Source: Pirellula staleyi DSM 6068
Lineage (GTDB): Bacteria; Planctomycetota; Planctomycetia; Pirellulales; Pirellulaceae
Direction of reading: 5' to 3'
Assembly: GCA_000025185.1 (NCBI GenBank)
Contig: CP001848.1
Coordinates: 1,410,001 to 1,442,000, forward strand
Length of the DNA stretch: 32,000 nucleotides
The position numbers and the translations under genes were made by a program. Positions 22,531-31,888 of this stretch are shown here, piece by piece. Positions within the stretch are counted from its first letter, which is position 1. Every line of letters begins with the position of its first letter. The notes under the pieces are model-generated. The model worked only from the letters and a program-made list of their open reading frames with translations, did no database searches and was not told where the DNA came from.

Positions 22531-22967
22531 ATGGCAGTTGCCGCACTACTTCCACTCCTCGAAGCGATTGGACCACTTCTCAGCAGTGGCATTGCTGTCG
22601 GATCGACTGCTGCTGCCACAGGAACCGCCGCCGGCTCGTCTGCAGCCGCAGCAGTCTGGTTGCGCAGTTCACCGGACAAGTTCAGGGTTTTGGTTCGGCC
22701 GCCGAGCTCGGGGCTGGGGTGCAGCGCGCGAGCGACATCGCTGGCGCTATTGCGGCCCTCAAAAACTCGATCGGTGAAGTCGAAACCCGTCAGAGTGACG
22801 CAGCGGCGAGCGCTCGCTACACCGATCCGGCGACCGGCATGGAGGTCGACAATTCGCAAAGTGCCGAGCATCTCGAGAAGCTCTCAGCGCTCGAGAAAGA
22901 GCGTGCGGCGATGAAGCAGCAAGAACGCTCGATGCGGGCCCAGTCGGGCAATTTATCTCGAACATGA
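22531..22967 (+). pseudogene. Small protein gene, apparently frameshifted (alternative: an intact 82-aa ORF from GTG 22719)
   Basis: ATG 22531 has AGGAGG 8 nt upstream and opens MAVAALLPLLEAIGPLLSSGIAVGSTAAATGTAAGSSAAAA. That frame then turns R-rich. A different frame continues protein-like (..VAQFTGQVQGFGSAAELGAGVQRASDIAGAIAALKNSIGEV..EKLSALEKERAAMKQQ) to the stop at 22965-22967. Confidence 0.4.
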
Positions 22968-23866
22968 TTGCGGGACCGCGTCGCGAGATCACACAACTAA
23001 TCATTCAGCACCGCGTCTATCTGTTGACGTATGTCAAAGAGATTTTCCAGCAAGGTTGGCCGGCCACTGATTCCGAAGTTGCAACCGAGGCGGCGCTCGC
23101 GAATCATATTGACCGCATGGCCGGCGAACTGGAGGGCGTCTTGAAGCGGCTCAGGCGTCGCTTACTGTGGGCATTCCGCGAAGTCCAACGATTGAACAAG
23201 GTGCGCGAGCAGCAGGCGACGCTCGAACAAGAAGGCGAAGCTCATTTCAGGCGCTGCGATCGGCTGATCAAGAAGCTCAAGGGCGTCCAATCCAAACGGC
23301 GTCGCGAGGCGGAAGGTGTTGATGACATCAATACCTATGGCGTTCTGGCCGCAGAAGGCTACTTGCCCGGCTACGGTCTCGATACGGGTTCCGTGGTTGC
23401 GATGGCTGAGGTTCTCCGCTTGGCGAAGGTGTCGGACCGGGTTTACATGGTGGCCGAGTGGCCGCAGGCCAACGCTGGCCACTATCAATTGGAACTGAAT
23501 TGGCCCGGAGGGAGCGAGCAACGGGTAGTCACCATCGCGCCCAAGAAGATCAGCGCGAGTTGGATGTCGTTTTCTGCAAACGAGTCGGTCACAGATTCTT
23601 TAAGTGCCGGTAGTTCAAGTGTTTGCGAAGCGCAAGCAGGCGAGATTGCGCTCGGAGAGTGTTGGGCACAGGGAGGATGTTCCGCTCCCTCAATCGCCAA
23701 ACACCGAAGAGTCCATTCGTGTGGCCCAGCCTGTGTTGCTCGCTGGGTCCAAGGCAAGGATTCGCGTCATTTGCTGAGCACCAAGACCTGCGACTTCCAC
23801 ACATGGGCCGGGATCTCAATCCGTCGCGCAATCCCATCGAAGGTGCCGGAGCTAAACACCAGTTGA
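22964..23866 (+). CDS. Hypothetical protein; the N-terminal half resembles the region preceding the Zn-binding DUF1998/MrfA-type domain of defence helicases (tentative); probably a gene remnant
   Basis: It has an ATGA overlap with the upstream ORF. The motif INTYGVLAAEGYLPGYGLDTGSV resembles the xLAxxGFLPxYGFP motif recalled from DUF1998-containing helicase partners. The C-terminal 130 aa (S/C/A/R-rich) look like out-of-frame or decayed sequence. Confidence 0.4.
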   Translation: MIAGPRREITQLIIQHRVYLLTYVKEIFQQGWPATDSEVATEAALANHIDRMAGELEGVLKRLRRRLLWAFREVQRLNKVREQQATLEQEGEAHFRRCDRLIKKLKGVQSKRRREAEGVDDINTYGVLAAEGYLPGYGLDTGSVVAMAEVLRLAKVSDRVYMVAEWPQANAGHYQLELNWPGGSEQRVVTIAPKKISASWMSFSANESVTDSLSAGSSSVCEAQAGEIALGECWAQGGCSAPSIAKHRRVHSCGPACVARWVQGKDSRHLLSTKTCDFHTWAGISIRRAIPSKVPELNTS

Positions 23867-24150
23867 GACGCCTTAGCTTCAGGATTGCGACCAGGTGTGC
23901 TTGCCTTGAACGTCAATGTTCTTGGGAGTGTAACACCTTGTCCAGCGAAGACATGAGCCAGTCTTCGGTAAAGAGTTCCTCGCACATCACCGCGTAACGC
24001 ACACGCCAGGTTTTACCCGCCGCGAGTGTCCTGTCACGAACAAGCTGGATTGTGAGACTAATTACGATTCACAATCGCCGGCCCCGTCCGCTGTTTGCGA
24101 CCCCTTGACAGTCCGCGGCCATAAAGAGGTTAGGCATTCGGCTTGGCGCG

Positions 24151-25611
24151 TTAGTGAGCTGTTCCGATCTTCGGCTTCAGGTTGGCGCCGTCCTCGTCCG
24201 AAAGAAGTCCCTCTTGGTTGGGCAAGAGCGGGACGGCAGATTTCATGGCCTCAGACACAATCCAGCCGACCGCCAACGGCTTGGCGGCGTCCTTGCTGGC
24301 AGTTTCGATGCGGGCCTGCATCGTCGCGACTTTGTCCGGATGCGCAGCAGCAATGTTGTTCTTCTCGTAGGGGTCTTCGGCCAGGTTGTAGAGGTCAACG
24401 CTGCTGGGCAACATCGTGCGCCAGATGAGCTTCCAGTCACCCTGCCGTAGGCCGGCGCGAAACGGCTCGATGCTGTAGAAGAATTCCGTGCGTGGCGACG
24501 GTTTTCCTTCGGCGATGGTGTCCCAGACGTTCGTACCATCGAGCGGCTTGCACTTGGCGATGGAGGCGCCGGCCAGCGCAGCGAATGTGGGATAAAGGTC
24601 CACGGCGTGGATCATGCCGTCCACGGTCTGAGCCTTGATCTTGCCCGGCCAGTTGGCCAGCGCACACACGCGACTGCCGCCTTCGAAGAGCGAGCCTTTG
24701 CCGTTGCGATAGGGACCATTATCGCACGGGAGCACGACCTTCGACATGTCCGCCATCTGACCGGCGAACATCTTGTCCTTCGTGCCGCCGTTGTCGCTAT
24801 GGAAAAAGATGAGCGTGTTTTCGCGGAGCCCCTTCTGGTCGAGCGCGGCGACGACTTTGCCGATGTTTTCATCAAGGCAGTCTACCATGGCAGCGTAAGT
24901 GCGGCGTGTCGGCTCGGCGATGTTCAAATACTTGGTGATGTATTCCTTCGGCGCCTGATACGGTGTGTGCGGGGCGTTGAAGGTGAGGTAGAGGTAGAAC
25001 GGCTTCTTGCCATCCTGGCCGTGGATGTATTTCACCGCGTCGTCGCCAATGAGCGTGGTGGTGTAGCCTTGTTCGTGGACGGGCTTGTTATCGCGGAACC
25101 AGTCAAGCACGCCGTGTTCGTCGTGAGTGAAGTAATCCAGCTCACCGATCATCGCGCCGTATTGGTAATCGAAACCGCGTTGCTTGGGCCAGTACTTCTG
25201 GTCCGCGTGGCCGAGATGCCATTTGCCGATGATAGCGGTCTTGTAGCCGGCGTCGCCCAGGCATTGGGGCATTAGATACTCACTCGTGTCGAGTCCGTAA
25301 CCGGCAGCGGTGGGAATGACGATTGTCTGCAGGCCGTAGCGGTAGGGAAAGCGGCCGGTCATCAGACACGCACGTGTGGGTGTGCACATGTTCTGCACGT
25401 AGAACTGCGAGAACTTCGCCCCGCCCTTTGCGAGCGCGTCTATGTTCGGCGTCTTAATTTCAGTGCAGCCGTTGAAGCCGACGTCCTTCCAGCCGAGATC
25501 GTCGGCCACGATGTGGACGATGTTTGGTTGCCTGTCTGCCGCTTGCGAAGCCACCGCGGTGAACGCGACGAGTAGCACGGCGGCCCATAGTTCGAGTTTG
25601 GTTAGGTTCAT
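24151..25611 (-). CDS. Secreted arylsulfatase-family sulfatase
   Basis: 486-aa ORF. It has a signal peptide (MNLTKLELWAAVLLVAFTAVASQA), the metal site IVADDLGWKDVG, the formylglycine signature CTPTRACLMTGR, and HSDNGG. Confidence 0.92.
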   Translation of the reverse strand: MNLTKLELWAAVLLVAFTAVASQAADRQPNIVHIVADDLGWKDVGFNGCTEIKTPNIDALAKGGAKFSQFYVQNMCTPTRACLMTGRFPYRYGLQTIVIPTAAGYGLDTSEYLMPQCLGDAGYKTAIIGKWHLGHADQKYWPKQRGFDYQYGAMIGELDYFTHDEHGVLDWFRDNKPVHEQGYTTTLIGDDAVKYIHGQDGKKPFYLYLTFNAPHTPYQAPKEYITKYLNIAEPTRRTYAAMVDCLDENIGKVVAALDQKGLRENTLIFFHSDNGGTKDKMFAGQMADMSKVVLPCDNGPYRNGKGSLFEGGSRVCALANWPGKIKAQTVDGMIHAVDLYPTFAALAGASIAKCKPLDGTNVWDTIAEGKPSPRTEFFYSIEPFRAGLRQGDWKLIWRTMLPSSVDLYNLAEDPYEKNNIAAAHPDKVATMQARIETASKDAAKPLAVGWIVSEAMKSAVPLLPNQEGLLSDEDGANLKPKIGTAH

Positions 25612-25946
25612 GGAAAATGGTGATCTCAGATTACTTAAAAAAACAAACGCACTCCAAGGTCTAACTTGTTTATAGGAAGTATCCGCCTATCACCTATAGG
25701 CCGCAAACGTGCTGCCTGACGCGAGAGTAGTTGATTCTCGTAAGAGGCCGCCAAAAAACCGACTGGAAATGTTGAAAACGCAGGGAAAACAGGCCTTCGC
25801 TGTTGGTTCTTTGGCAGACTCTAAGTCGAATTGTAGCCGTTGCTTGCTACGCTGTCACGCTTCTCCTGCGTGATAGGCCGCCCCTGCCGAGCGCTCATCG
25901 GACGGACACCCCAGTCGGGCACGGCCATAAGGAGGAGGTGACCTTT

Positions 25947-26375
25947 ATGCGAGGCTATCGCGACTTTGTATCGCTTTCGAGCGCTCGGCTGGAATCTCGC
26001 AAGCTATTCCTTTGCCTCGGCGACAAGAACCAATTGCCCGCTGTCTTCCATTGTACCACCGAGAAGGATCGGACTGGCTGGGCAACTGCCGCCCTGCTGA
26101 CCCTGTTGGGTGTGCCTCGGGACAAGGTGATGGAAGATTTCCTGCGTAGCAAGGAGTACATCATTCCCAAGTACAAGCCGGTCATCGACGGTTTCGCCGA
26201 GGCTGGAGGGGGTAAAGCAATCCCTGCGACCATTCTCGGTGTGAAGAAGGAGTATCTCAAAGCGGCATTCGATGAGATGGAAAAGAAGTACGACACCATT
26301 GAAAACTACTTTTCTGACGGGTTAGGCATTAACACCGCCAGACAACGGGCCTTAAGAGAACTGTATCTTGAGTGA
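25947..26375 (+). CDS. Protein-tyrosine-phosphatase-like (Y_phosphatase3-type) C-terminal fragment; N-terminally short, possibly a pseudogene
   Basis: The ORF track gives 25803-26375. ATG 25947 is preceded by AAGGAGGAGG. The P-loop is PAVFHCTTEKDRTGWATAALLTLLGV (CX5R retained, the usual G replaced by E). The tail is DFLRSKEY...YLKAAFDEMEKKYDTIENYFSDGLGI. The roughly 100-aa N-terminal part expected for this family is missing. Confidence 0.6.
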   Translation: MRGYRDFVSLSSARLESRKLFLCLGDKNQLPAVFHCTTEKDRTGWATAALLTLLGVPRDKVMEDFLRSKEYIIPKYKPVIDGFAEAGGGKAIPATILGVKKEYLKAAFDEMEKKYDTIENYFSDGLGINTARQRALRELYLE

Positions 26376-26420
26376 GCGATGGTCTTTTCCACCGCCTTTT
26401 CCTGTTACAGTCGACGGCGG

Positions 26421-26738
26421 TTAGTACGCCTGGGATCGCCACCCCAACCAGTCGCCCGTCAGCTTTGGTCGTTCCAAAAGCGGCCCACCAAATTGCGGCT
26501 GAATCGGAACTGCGGGCGCTGCTTCGACAGCTGAACCTCCGGTGATACCAATTGGCGATTCAGTGGAGAGGTTTGCCAGGGTTTCTACTTCTTCGTCGAG
26601 CCCAATTGCTTGTCCGGTACTCATGTCACCAGTCGGCGATTGTTGCCGCTGGGCCCAAGCAGTCGACCCGACGACCGCGATAGCCACGAGAGTAAGGACT
26701 ATTCTTCTGTATCGCGCGAAACGTACCGGTAGTCGCAT
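26421..26738 (-). pseudogene. N-terminal fragment of an OprB-type carbohydrate porin
   Basis: It has a signal peptide (RIVLTLVAIAVVGSTAWAQ) and ends ..LERPKLTGDWLGWRSQAY then stop. This matches the LTGDWGGxR motif near the start of OprB-family porins, which usually run to about 400-450 aa. This ORF is 105 aa. Confidence 0.55.
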
Positions 26739-27511
26739 TTATGGCTCCCGTAGGCACATGTGACCCATCGCTCCAAATGCGACCTGAATCGGAGCCGCTG
26801 TTCATTCGCAGCATGGATTGTCGTTTTTATCGACAATTCGGGAGTTTCCTCGTTACACGATCTATCCTGCGAGTTAGCCGATTCTAAGAGGGTTCTTTTC
26901 GGTTTTGAAACCGAAAGGGTATCAAAACCAGTAGCTCTTTCCAGGTCAATGAGTTGCGTCGCGAGAAAAAGAGAGTGCTGTTTCGAAGAGGGTTGGTTTC
27001 GGGGAGTTCCTACTACGCCGTTGGTTACTTCTAAAGTTCCCTGATTTTTGCTGCCGCAGGGTAGATTCTTGCTGAAGCCCCGAGCGAAAGAGGTCGCCAC
27101 ATTCATCTCACGAGAGGAGCAAGCAGCTGCGACACTACTTCAACTTCTATCTAGTTCTGCTTCCTGGACACGTTTGGTCACTGTCGGCCAAAAAAGCTTG
27201 CAAGAACTTTGCGGCATCCGAGATAGAGTTGATGCACCTCTGGGAGGCAATACATCGTGCCCGTTTTGTGCGGCTGATGTGTCGACCGCAATCGCCTCGG
27301 CTGGCTCATGACCAACTGGTGTATCTGCAACACGCAGTGATTTCCGAACAGTTTTCGTTTGCATTGTCAGGGAACGCGAAAAACACTGCTCTCGTTGCTC
27401 TGCAGCAGCCAAGGTATCGGCCGTGATCTCGGCGAGAACAGCAGTATGGCGGAGTGATAGTGGGCGAATGATCGAGTTCCGCGGGAAGTAGGCCAAGCGG
27501 ACTACTCTGAC

Positions 27512-27546
27512 GATTGGCTGATTGGCTGATTGGCTGATTGGCTGAT
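27512..27546. repeat. Octanucleotide tandem repeat (GATTGGCT)x4.4
   Basis: Direct reading: gattggctgattggctgattggctgattggctgat, about 110 nt upstream of the ECF sigma gene. Confidence 0.95.
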
Positions 27547-27654
27547 CAAACTTGCTTCCAAAATGGGTGACTTCTGCCATTCGAGCGCCGCATTGCACTC
27601 GCGGATTAGCCTCGATGTTCGCTCACTGAGTTTCTCAGACTTTTTGTCGTAAAA

Positions 27655-28215
27655 ATGCTTGGGCTACCGGAGTGTATTGGTATGGACCCTGAATCTCCTC
27701 TCCAACACGAGCAATTTCTTACGCTGTTTACGTCCAGCGAACCGGCGATACGTGCCTATGTCCGTAGGTTGGTACCGACGAGAAACGATGCCGCTGACGT
27801 GATGCAGGGCGTCTCGTTGGTGCTCTGGAAAAAGTTCCACGAGCTTGACCAGCCAAGTGACTTTCGCAAATGGTCGTTTGGCGTTGCGCGTTACGAAACG
27901 CTGGCTTGGCTGCGCAACAAGTCGAGAGATCGACTGGTGTTGGCAGAAGACGTATTGCTCACCTTGGCTCACGAATCCGAGCGGGGCGAAGAGAGACTGA
28001 CGGCTCAGCGGGAGGCTTTGGAAGATTGTCTAGAAAAGCTGCCCCAGCCACAGCGGACTGCGATTCTAGCGGCCTACGCACCTGACGCAGCCATGCAGGA
28101 CGTAGCGAAACAAAGTGGACGGACCGTCGCAGCCTTCTACCAATGGTTGCATCGCATGCGATTGCAATTGCTGGAATGTACGCGTCGCACGCTACAGTCG
28201 GAGGGGTTGACATGA
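27655..28215 (+). CDS. ECF-type RNA polymerase sigma factor
   Basis: 186-aa ORF (alternative ATG 27682). Region 2 reads AIRAYVRRLVPTRNDAADVMQGVSLVLWKKF..FRKWSFGVARYETLAWLR. Region 4 reads LPQPQRTAILAAYAPDAAMQDVAKQSGRTVAAFYQWLHRMRLQL. Confidence 0.9.
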   Translation: MLGLPECIGMDPESPLQHEQFLTLFTSSEPAIRAYVRRLVPTRNDAADVMQGVSLVLWKKFHELDQPSDFRKWSFGVARYETLAWLRNKSRDRLVLAEDVLLTLAHESERGEERLTAQREALEDCLEKLPQPQRTAILAAYAPDAAMQDVAKQSGRTVAAFYQWLHRMRLQLLECTRRTLQSEGLT

Positions 28216-29774
28216 GCGATTCGACGGACTTGCGTCCTCTGTTTGCAGATTATTCGCTTGGAAGAATCTCTGCCGATCAGCTTCAGGCACTCGAAGCGGC
28301 GCTTCGTCAGGACTCGGATCTGCGCCGTGACTTTATCGAATACATGAATGTTGATTCGGCCCTGGGAAACATGGCAGCACTGTCGGATGTCGAACTGGCA
28401 GAGCTAGAAACAACCATGCTCGACGACGAATCAGCGACAACCGCTGCCGCTCCTCCCGAGACATTTACAAAATCAAAAACTAACGACAAACTCGCGCCGA
28501 CATTTCGAGTTGCCATCGTCCTGGGAACCCTAGCGGCGACACTGCTTCTTGCTGCATCGCTTTGGCTTGCCAGTCTGGGCAAGAACAAGCTGACACCGGT
28601 GGCAACACTGCTCACCGAAATCGATGCAGTGCTGCTGTGCAACGGCCAGTCTTGTAAAACCACCGAATTAGCGGCGGGCAAATATCGTCTTGAGCAGGGA
28701 TTGGTGCTCTTGCAGTTTGGTGGCGGAGTGATGGTTTATGTTGAAGCTCCGGCGCACTTTGACGCGATCAGCAACAAATGTGTCGAACTGCATTCGGGAC
28801 GCCTCTCTGCCAATGTTCCTCCTGAAGGAGTTGGCTTTACGGTGGAAACACCCGAAGCAGAGGTGATTGACTTTGGTACAGAGTTTTCGGTCGATGTCGA
28901 ATCAGGGGCCAGTGAAGTACATGTCTTTGACGGCCTGGTTCGCGTGCAACCACGATCGGAGGGAAACCTAGAGAAATCGGGCGCCATCGATCTCCGCGCA
29001 TCACAGGCAGTGAAGATCGATGATGTAGTTAAAAAGCCGGTGTCGATAGCACTAGCCACCGATCGATTTATTCGCACGTTTGATGAGTCGCGACGCAAAT
29101 TCTCACGCACCATCAAGCAGCTCTCTCCCGTTGCGTTCTACCCGATGGCGATCCGCGACCAGGGGCTGGCCTGCGTGCCGCCGGAATACTCGGGCATCGT
29201 CTTAACCGGCGACGGAAATCGACCACCTCATGCCAGGGGTGTGTTTGCTGGGGGATCGCTACGGGTGCTGGCAGATTCTTCAGGACGAGGCGGGATTGTG
29301 AAGTCTGCGCCGCCTTTGCAGTCGGGGGAGTTCACACTGGCGGCTTATGTGTTTCTGGAGAATAGAGCCCATAGCGCCGTTGTGGTCACCAATATCCAGC
29401 GAGATACAGGGAGTTTTTCGCTCGAACTCAACGAGCGCGGCTTCCTTCAGGCAACCGTCCGAGATAGTGCTGGCGAGTTGCGATCTACCTCTGCCGATGC
29501 CTTACTACCACTCCGCACCTGGTGTCACATCGTGATGACAGTGGATGGCGAGCAACTGCGTCTCTATGGCGACGGTCGACTCGCTGCTTCCACGATGTCG
29601 GCTCCCCTCTCCAGCAATGTGTCAACATCGCTGTGGTTCGGAACAGACTCGGATGCAGTCCGCTTGTGGGATGGACGTATCGACGAAGTTGCACTGTTCG
29701 ACAAGGCGCTCGACGACGCGCAAATCTCAGAGCTGTATCAGGCAGCTTTGGAACAAATGGGGAAAACTGAATGA
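28212..29774 (+). CDS. Anti-sigma factor with FecR-like and C-terminal LamG (concanavalin-like) domains
   Basis: The ORF track gives 28143-29774. ATG 28212 overlaps the sigma gene stop (ATGA). It has one TM helix (FRVAIVLGTLAATLLLAASLWLA). The FecR-like part reads GKYRLEQG..VETPEAEVIDFGTEFSV..EVHVFDGLVRV. The LamG-like part reads FTLAAYVFLE..CHIVMTVDGEQLRLYGDGRL..LWFGTD..WDGRIDEVALFDKAL. Confidence 0.85.
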   Translation: MSDSTDLRPLFADYSLGRISADQLQALEAALRQDSDLRRDFIEYMNVDSALGNMAALSDVELAELETTMLDDESATTAAAPPETFTKSKTNDKLAPTFRVAIVLGTLAATLLLAASLWLASLGKNKLTPVATLLTEIDAVLLCNGQSCKTTELAAGKYRLEQGLVLLQFGGGVMVYVEAPAHFDAISNKCVELHSGRLSANVPPEGVGFTVETPEAEVIDFGTEFSVDVESGASEVHVFDGLVRVQPRSEGNLEKSGAIDLRASQAVKIDDVVKKPVSIALATDRFIRTFDESRRKFSRTIKQLSPVAFYPMAIRDQGLACVPPEYSGIVLTGDGNRPPHARGVFAGGSLRVLADSSGRGGIVKSAPPLQSGEFTLAAYVFLENRAHSAVVVTNIQRDTGSFSLELNERGFLQATVRDSAGELRSTSADALLPLRTWCHIVMTVDGEQLRLYGDGRLAASTMSAPLSSNVSTSLWFGTDSDAVRLWDGRIDEVALFDKALDDAQISELYQAALEQMGKTE

Positions 29775-31801
29775 GACATCTCGCCCCTGCACTCTCTAAG
29801 AACTCTGTCACACAACTGGATCCGTCCATGATCACTCGACACCAACGGCAACTGCTGATTCCCCTTTTTGTGTTGTCGACTCTGCTCTCCGCGAAGGGAA
29901 CTGTCTGGGCAACTGAGCCAGCGAAGCCCAACGTCGTTTATATCCTCGCCGACGATGTTGGCTGGGGCGATTTGAGTGTGCATGGCGGCGGAGTTCCCAC
30001 GCCGAACATTGATAAGCTCTTCGCTCAAGGCATCGAGGTATCGCACTTCATGGGCTGGTGCGTTTGCTCGCCAACACGCGCTATGTTCCTGACGGGTCGC
30101 CATCCGATTCGCGTCGGCACAGGGCCAGAAGTTGGTGGCGAACTATCGCTCGACGAGACAACCATCGCCGAAGGTTTCAAGGCCAACGGCTATCGAACCG
30201 GCGTCTTTGGAAAATGGCACAGCGGCAGTGATCCCGACACCCCTGCTTTCCGCGCTGCCTTTGCCGAGGCTTTCAAGGCCATACCCAACAAACAGTTCGC
30301 TGGTGGGCATGGCGCGAATGCCCATGGCTTCGACGAAGCCTGGGTCTACTACGGCGGCGGTGCTGACTTCTTCAATCGCCGAACTGTCCAGGGGCGCGGG
30401 CCGGTCTCGTGGTGGCACAACCGTGAGTTCCGCCCGGACGACGAAGGTTACACCGACGACCTCGTCACACAGCGTGCCATCGAGTTCATTCGTGAGAACA
30501 AAGACCAGCCTTTCTTCTGCTATGTCCCGTTCCACATCGCTCACGCGCCTCTGCAGGCCAAAGAAAACGACTTAGCCGCCATCGATTCGAAGACCGCCGC
30601 AAAACTTCCGACGGCAAGTGGGAAAACAAGCGACGAAGGGAAACACATCCACGCAGCGATGTTGCATTCGATGGACAACAACATCGCCGCAATCCGCGAT
30701 GAACTCGAGAAACTTGGTCTCAGCGACAACACGATTTTCGTCTTCACCAGCGACAACGGTGCCATGGAAGCAGGGAGCAGCCTGCCGCTTCGAGGTCATA
30801 AGCATACGATCTACGAAGGTGGCGTACGGCTGCCGACTGCAATTTACTGGCCCAAGGGTGGCTTAACTGGCGGTCGCAAATGGAATGGTCTGTGCGGGGC
30901 GCTCGACATGTTCCCAACTCTCATGGCCATGACCGACTCCACGATGCCCAAGACGCAGCCTCTCGATGGCAAGAATGTCTGGCCCGCACTGCGTGACAAT
31001 CAGCCTAGCCCCGTCGAGAGCTACTATTTCATCTGGCACGACGAAGATGCGATTCGCACCGATCGCTGGAAACTCCACCGCTTTCACGGTCGCTATGAAC
31101 TCTACGACATCACGATCGATGAAACCGAATCCAACAACATTGCCGACTCGCACCCCGATGTAGTGAAATCTCTTTCCGCGAAGATGGATGCGTGGGCCGA
31201 ATCGCTCGGCGCGGCAATCAGTCATCAACCTGCGCCGAAGAAGTATCACGTGCCAGCCGCTCCCGATGGCGAAGTGCTGGCGGTCACCGTGACCATCACC
31301 GACAAGGCGAAGCCGAAAGACCGTCTTGTCATCAACATCGCCAACTGGATTGGCACGCAGTACGCCACGGATTGGATCGATTTCGACATTGCCTTCTCAC
31401 CGACCTCGCCAAAGAAGCATCCTTACTTTTCCACGCTGGAAGGGAATAACTCGAAACCCTTTGGTCCACTCTTTAAACCTGGAACCAGCGTGGACCAATT
31501 CGGCCGCGACCAGAGCACAGGCCCCGGGATCGCCGACGTCAACAGCGTCTGGGAACACCGCATTATCGGCCTTTCGAGCACCGCGCCCGGACCGCTCAGC
31601 AAGCATGGCATCGTCTTCACCGGCGGCACACCGGGAACCTTTACGGTCTACCTCGACAACCTTCGCATCCGCCATGCCGACGGCAGCACCACGCCACTTT
31701 GGAGCAGCGGAAAAGACACCCGCGCTGGCAAGTTCACGCCAAGCGATCTGTTTACCGACCTAAAGATTCGCACGATCAACGTGAGCGAGGTTCGCCCATG
31801 A
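29771..31801 (+). CDS. Secreted sulfatase with an extra C-terminal domain of about 200 aa
   Basis: It has an ATGA overlap with the anti-sigma gene stop (alternative ATG 29828). It has a signal peptide (LLIPLFVLSTLLSAKGTVWA), ILADDVGWGDLS, the signature CSPTRAMFLTGR, and TSDNGA. The C-terminal region (from about HQPAPKKYH) has no sulfatase motifs. Confidence 0.9.
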   Translation: MRHLAPALSKNSVTQLDPSMITRHQRQLLIPLFVLSTLLSAKGTVWATEPAKPNVVYILADDVGWGDLSVHGGGVPTPNIDKLFAQGIEVSHFMGWCVCSPTRAMFLTGRHPIRVGTGPEVGGELSLDETTIAEGFKANGYRTGVFGKWHSGSDPDTPAFRAAFAEAFKAIPNKQFAGGHGANAHGFDEAWVYYGGGADFFNRRTVQGRGPVSWWHNREFRPDDEGYTDDLVTQRAIEFIRENKDQPFFCYVPFHIAHAPLQAKENDLAAIDSKTAAKLPTASGKTSDEGKHIHAAMLHSMDNNIAAIRDELEKLGLSDNTIFVFTSDNGAMEAGSSLPLRGHKHTIYEGGVRLPTAIYWPKGGLTGGRKWNGLCGALDMFPTLMAMTDSTMPKTQPLDGKNVWPALRDNQPSPVESYYFIWHDEDAIRTDRWKLHRFHGRYELYDITIDETESNNIADSHPDVVKSLSAKMDAWAESLGAAISHQPAPKKYHVPAAPDGEVLAVTVTITDKAKPKDRLVINIANWIGTQYATDWIDFDIAFSPTSPKKHPYFSTLEGNNSKPFGPLFKPGTSVDQFGRDQSTGPGIADVNSVWEHRIIGLSSTAPGPLSKHGIVFTGGTPGTFTVYLDNLRIRHADGSTTPLWSSGKDTRAGKFTPSDLFTDLKIRTINVSEVRP

Positions 31802-31888
31802 CACGAGCTAGTGCCTCCATGAAAAATGAACTGAGAACACCAATCTTGCTCCCGATTTTCGCCGGGGCCACGTCCTTGGGATGCTGAC

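Noticed and set aside
22267-22914. 215-aa TTG-initiated ORF
   Set aside because: Most of it is R/S/A-rich with no protein character. Only the segment from ATG 22531 with a strong SD looks real, and the coding signal then shifts frame.
24035-24135. Possible terminal attC (CACGAACAAGC ... GTTAGGC at 24129-24135, 101 bp)
   Set aside because: The 5' and 3' arms are not complementary. The only strong pairing is an internal hairpin, GATTGTGA (24048-24055) with TCACAATC (24069-24076). A lone GTTAGGC heptamer is expected a few times by chance in 32 kb.
24607-25275. 222-aa + strand ORF inside the sulfatase gene. The same applies to other internal ORFs of the large genes: 54-356, 6813-7205, 17344-17925, 20773-21558 and 30132-30575.
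   Set aside because: These are antisense or off-frame shadows of confidently called genes in GC-rich DNA.
26699-27598. Minus-strand ORFs 26699-27106 (135 aa) and 27140-27598 (152 aa)
   Set aside because: They have no recognisable motifs or start context, and one is built partly on the octanucleotide repeat. The region is treated as non-coding or decayed DNA.
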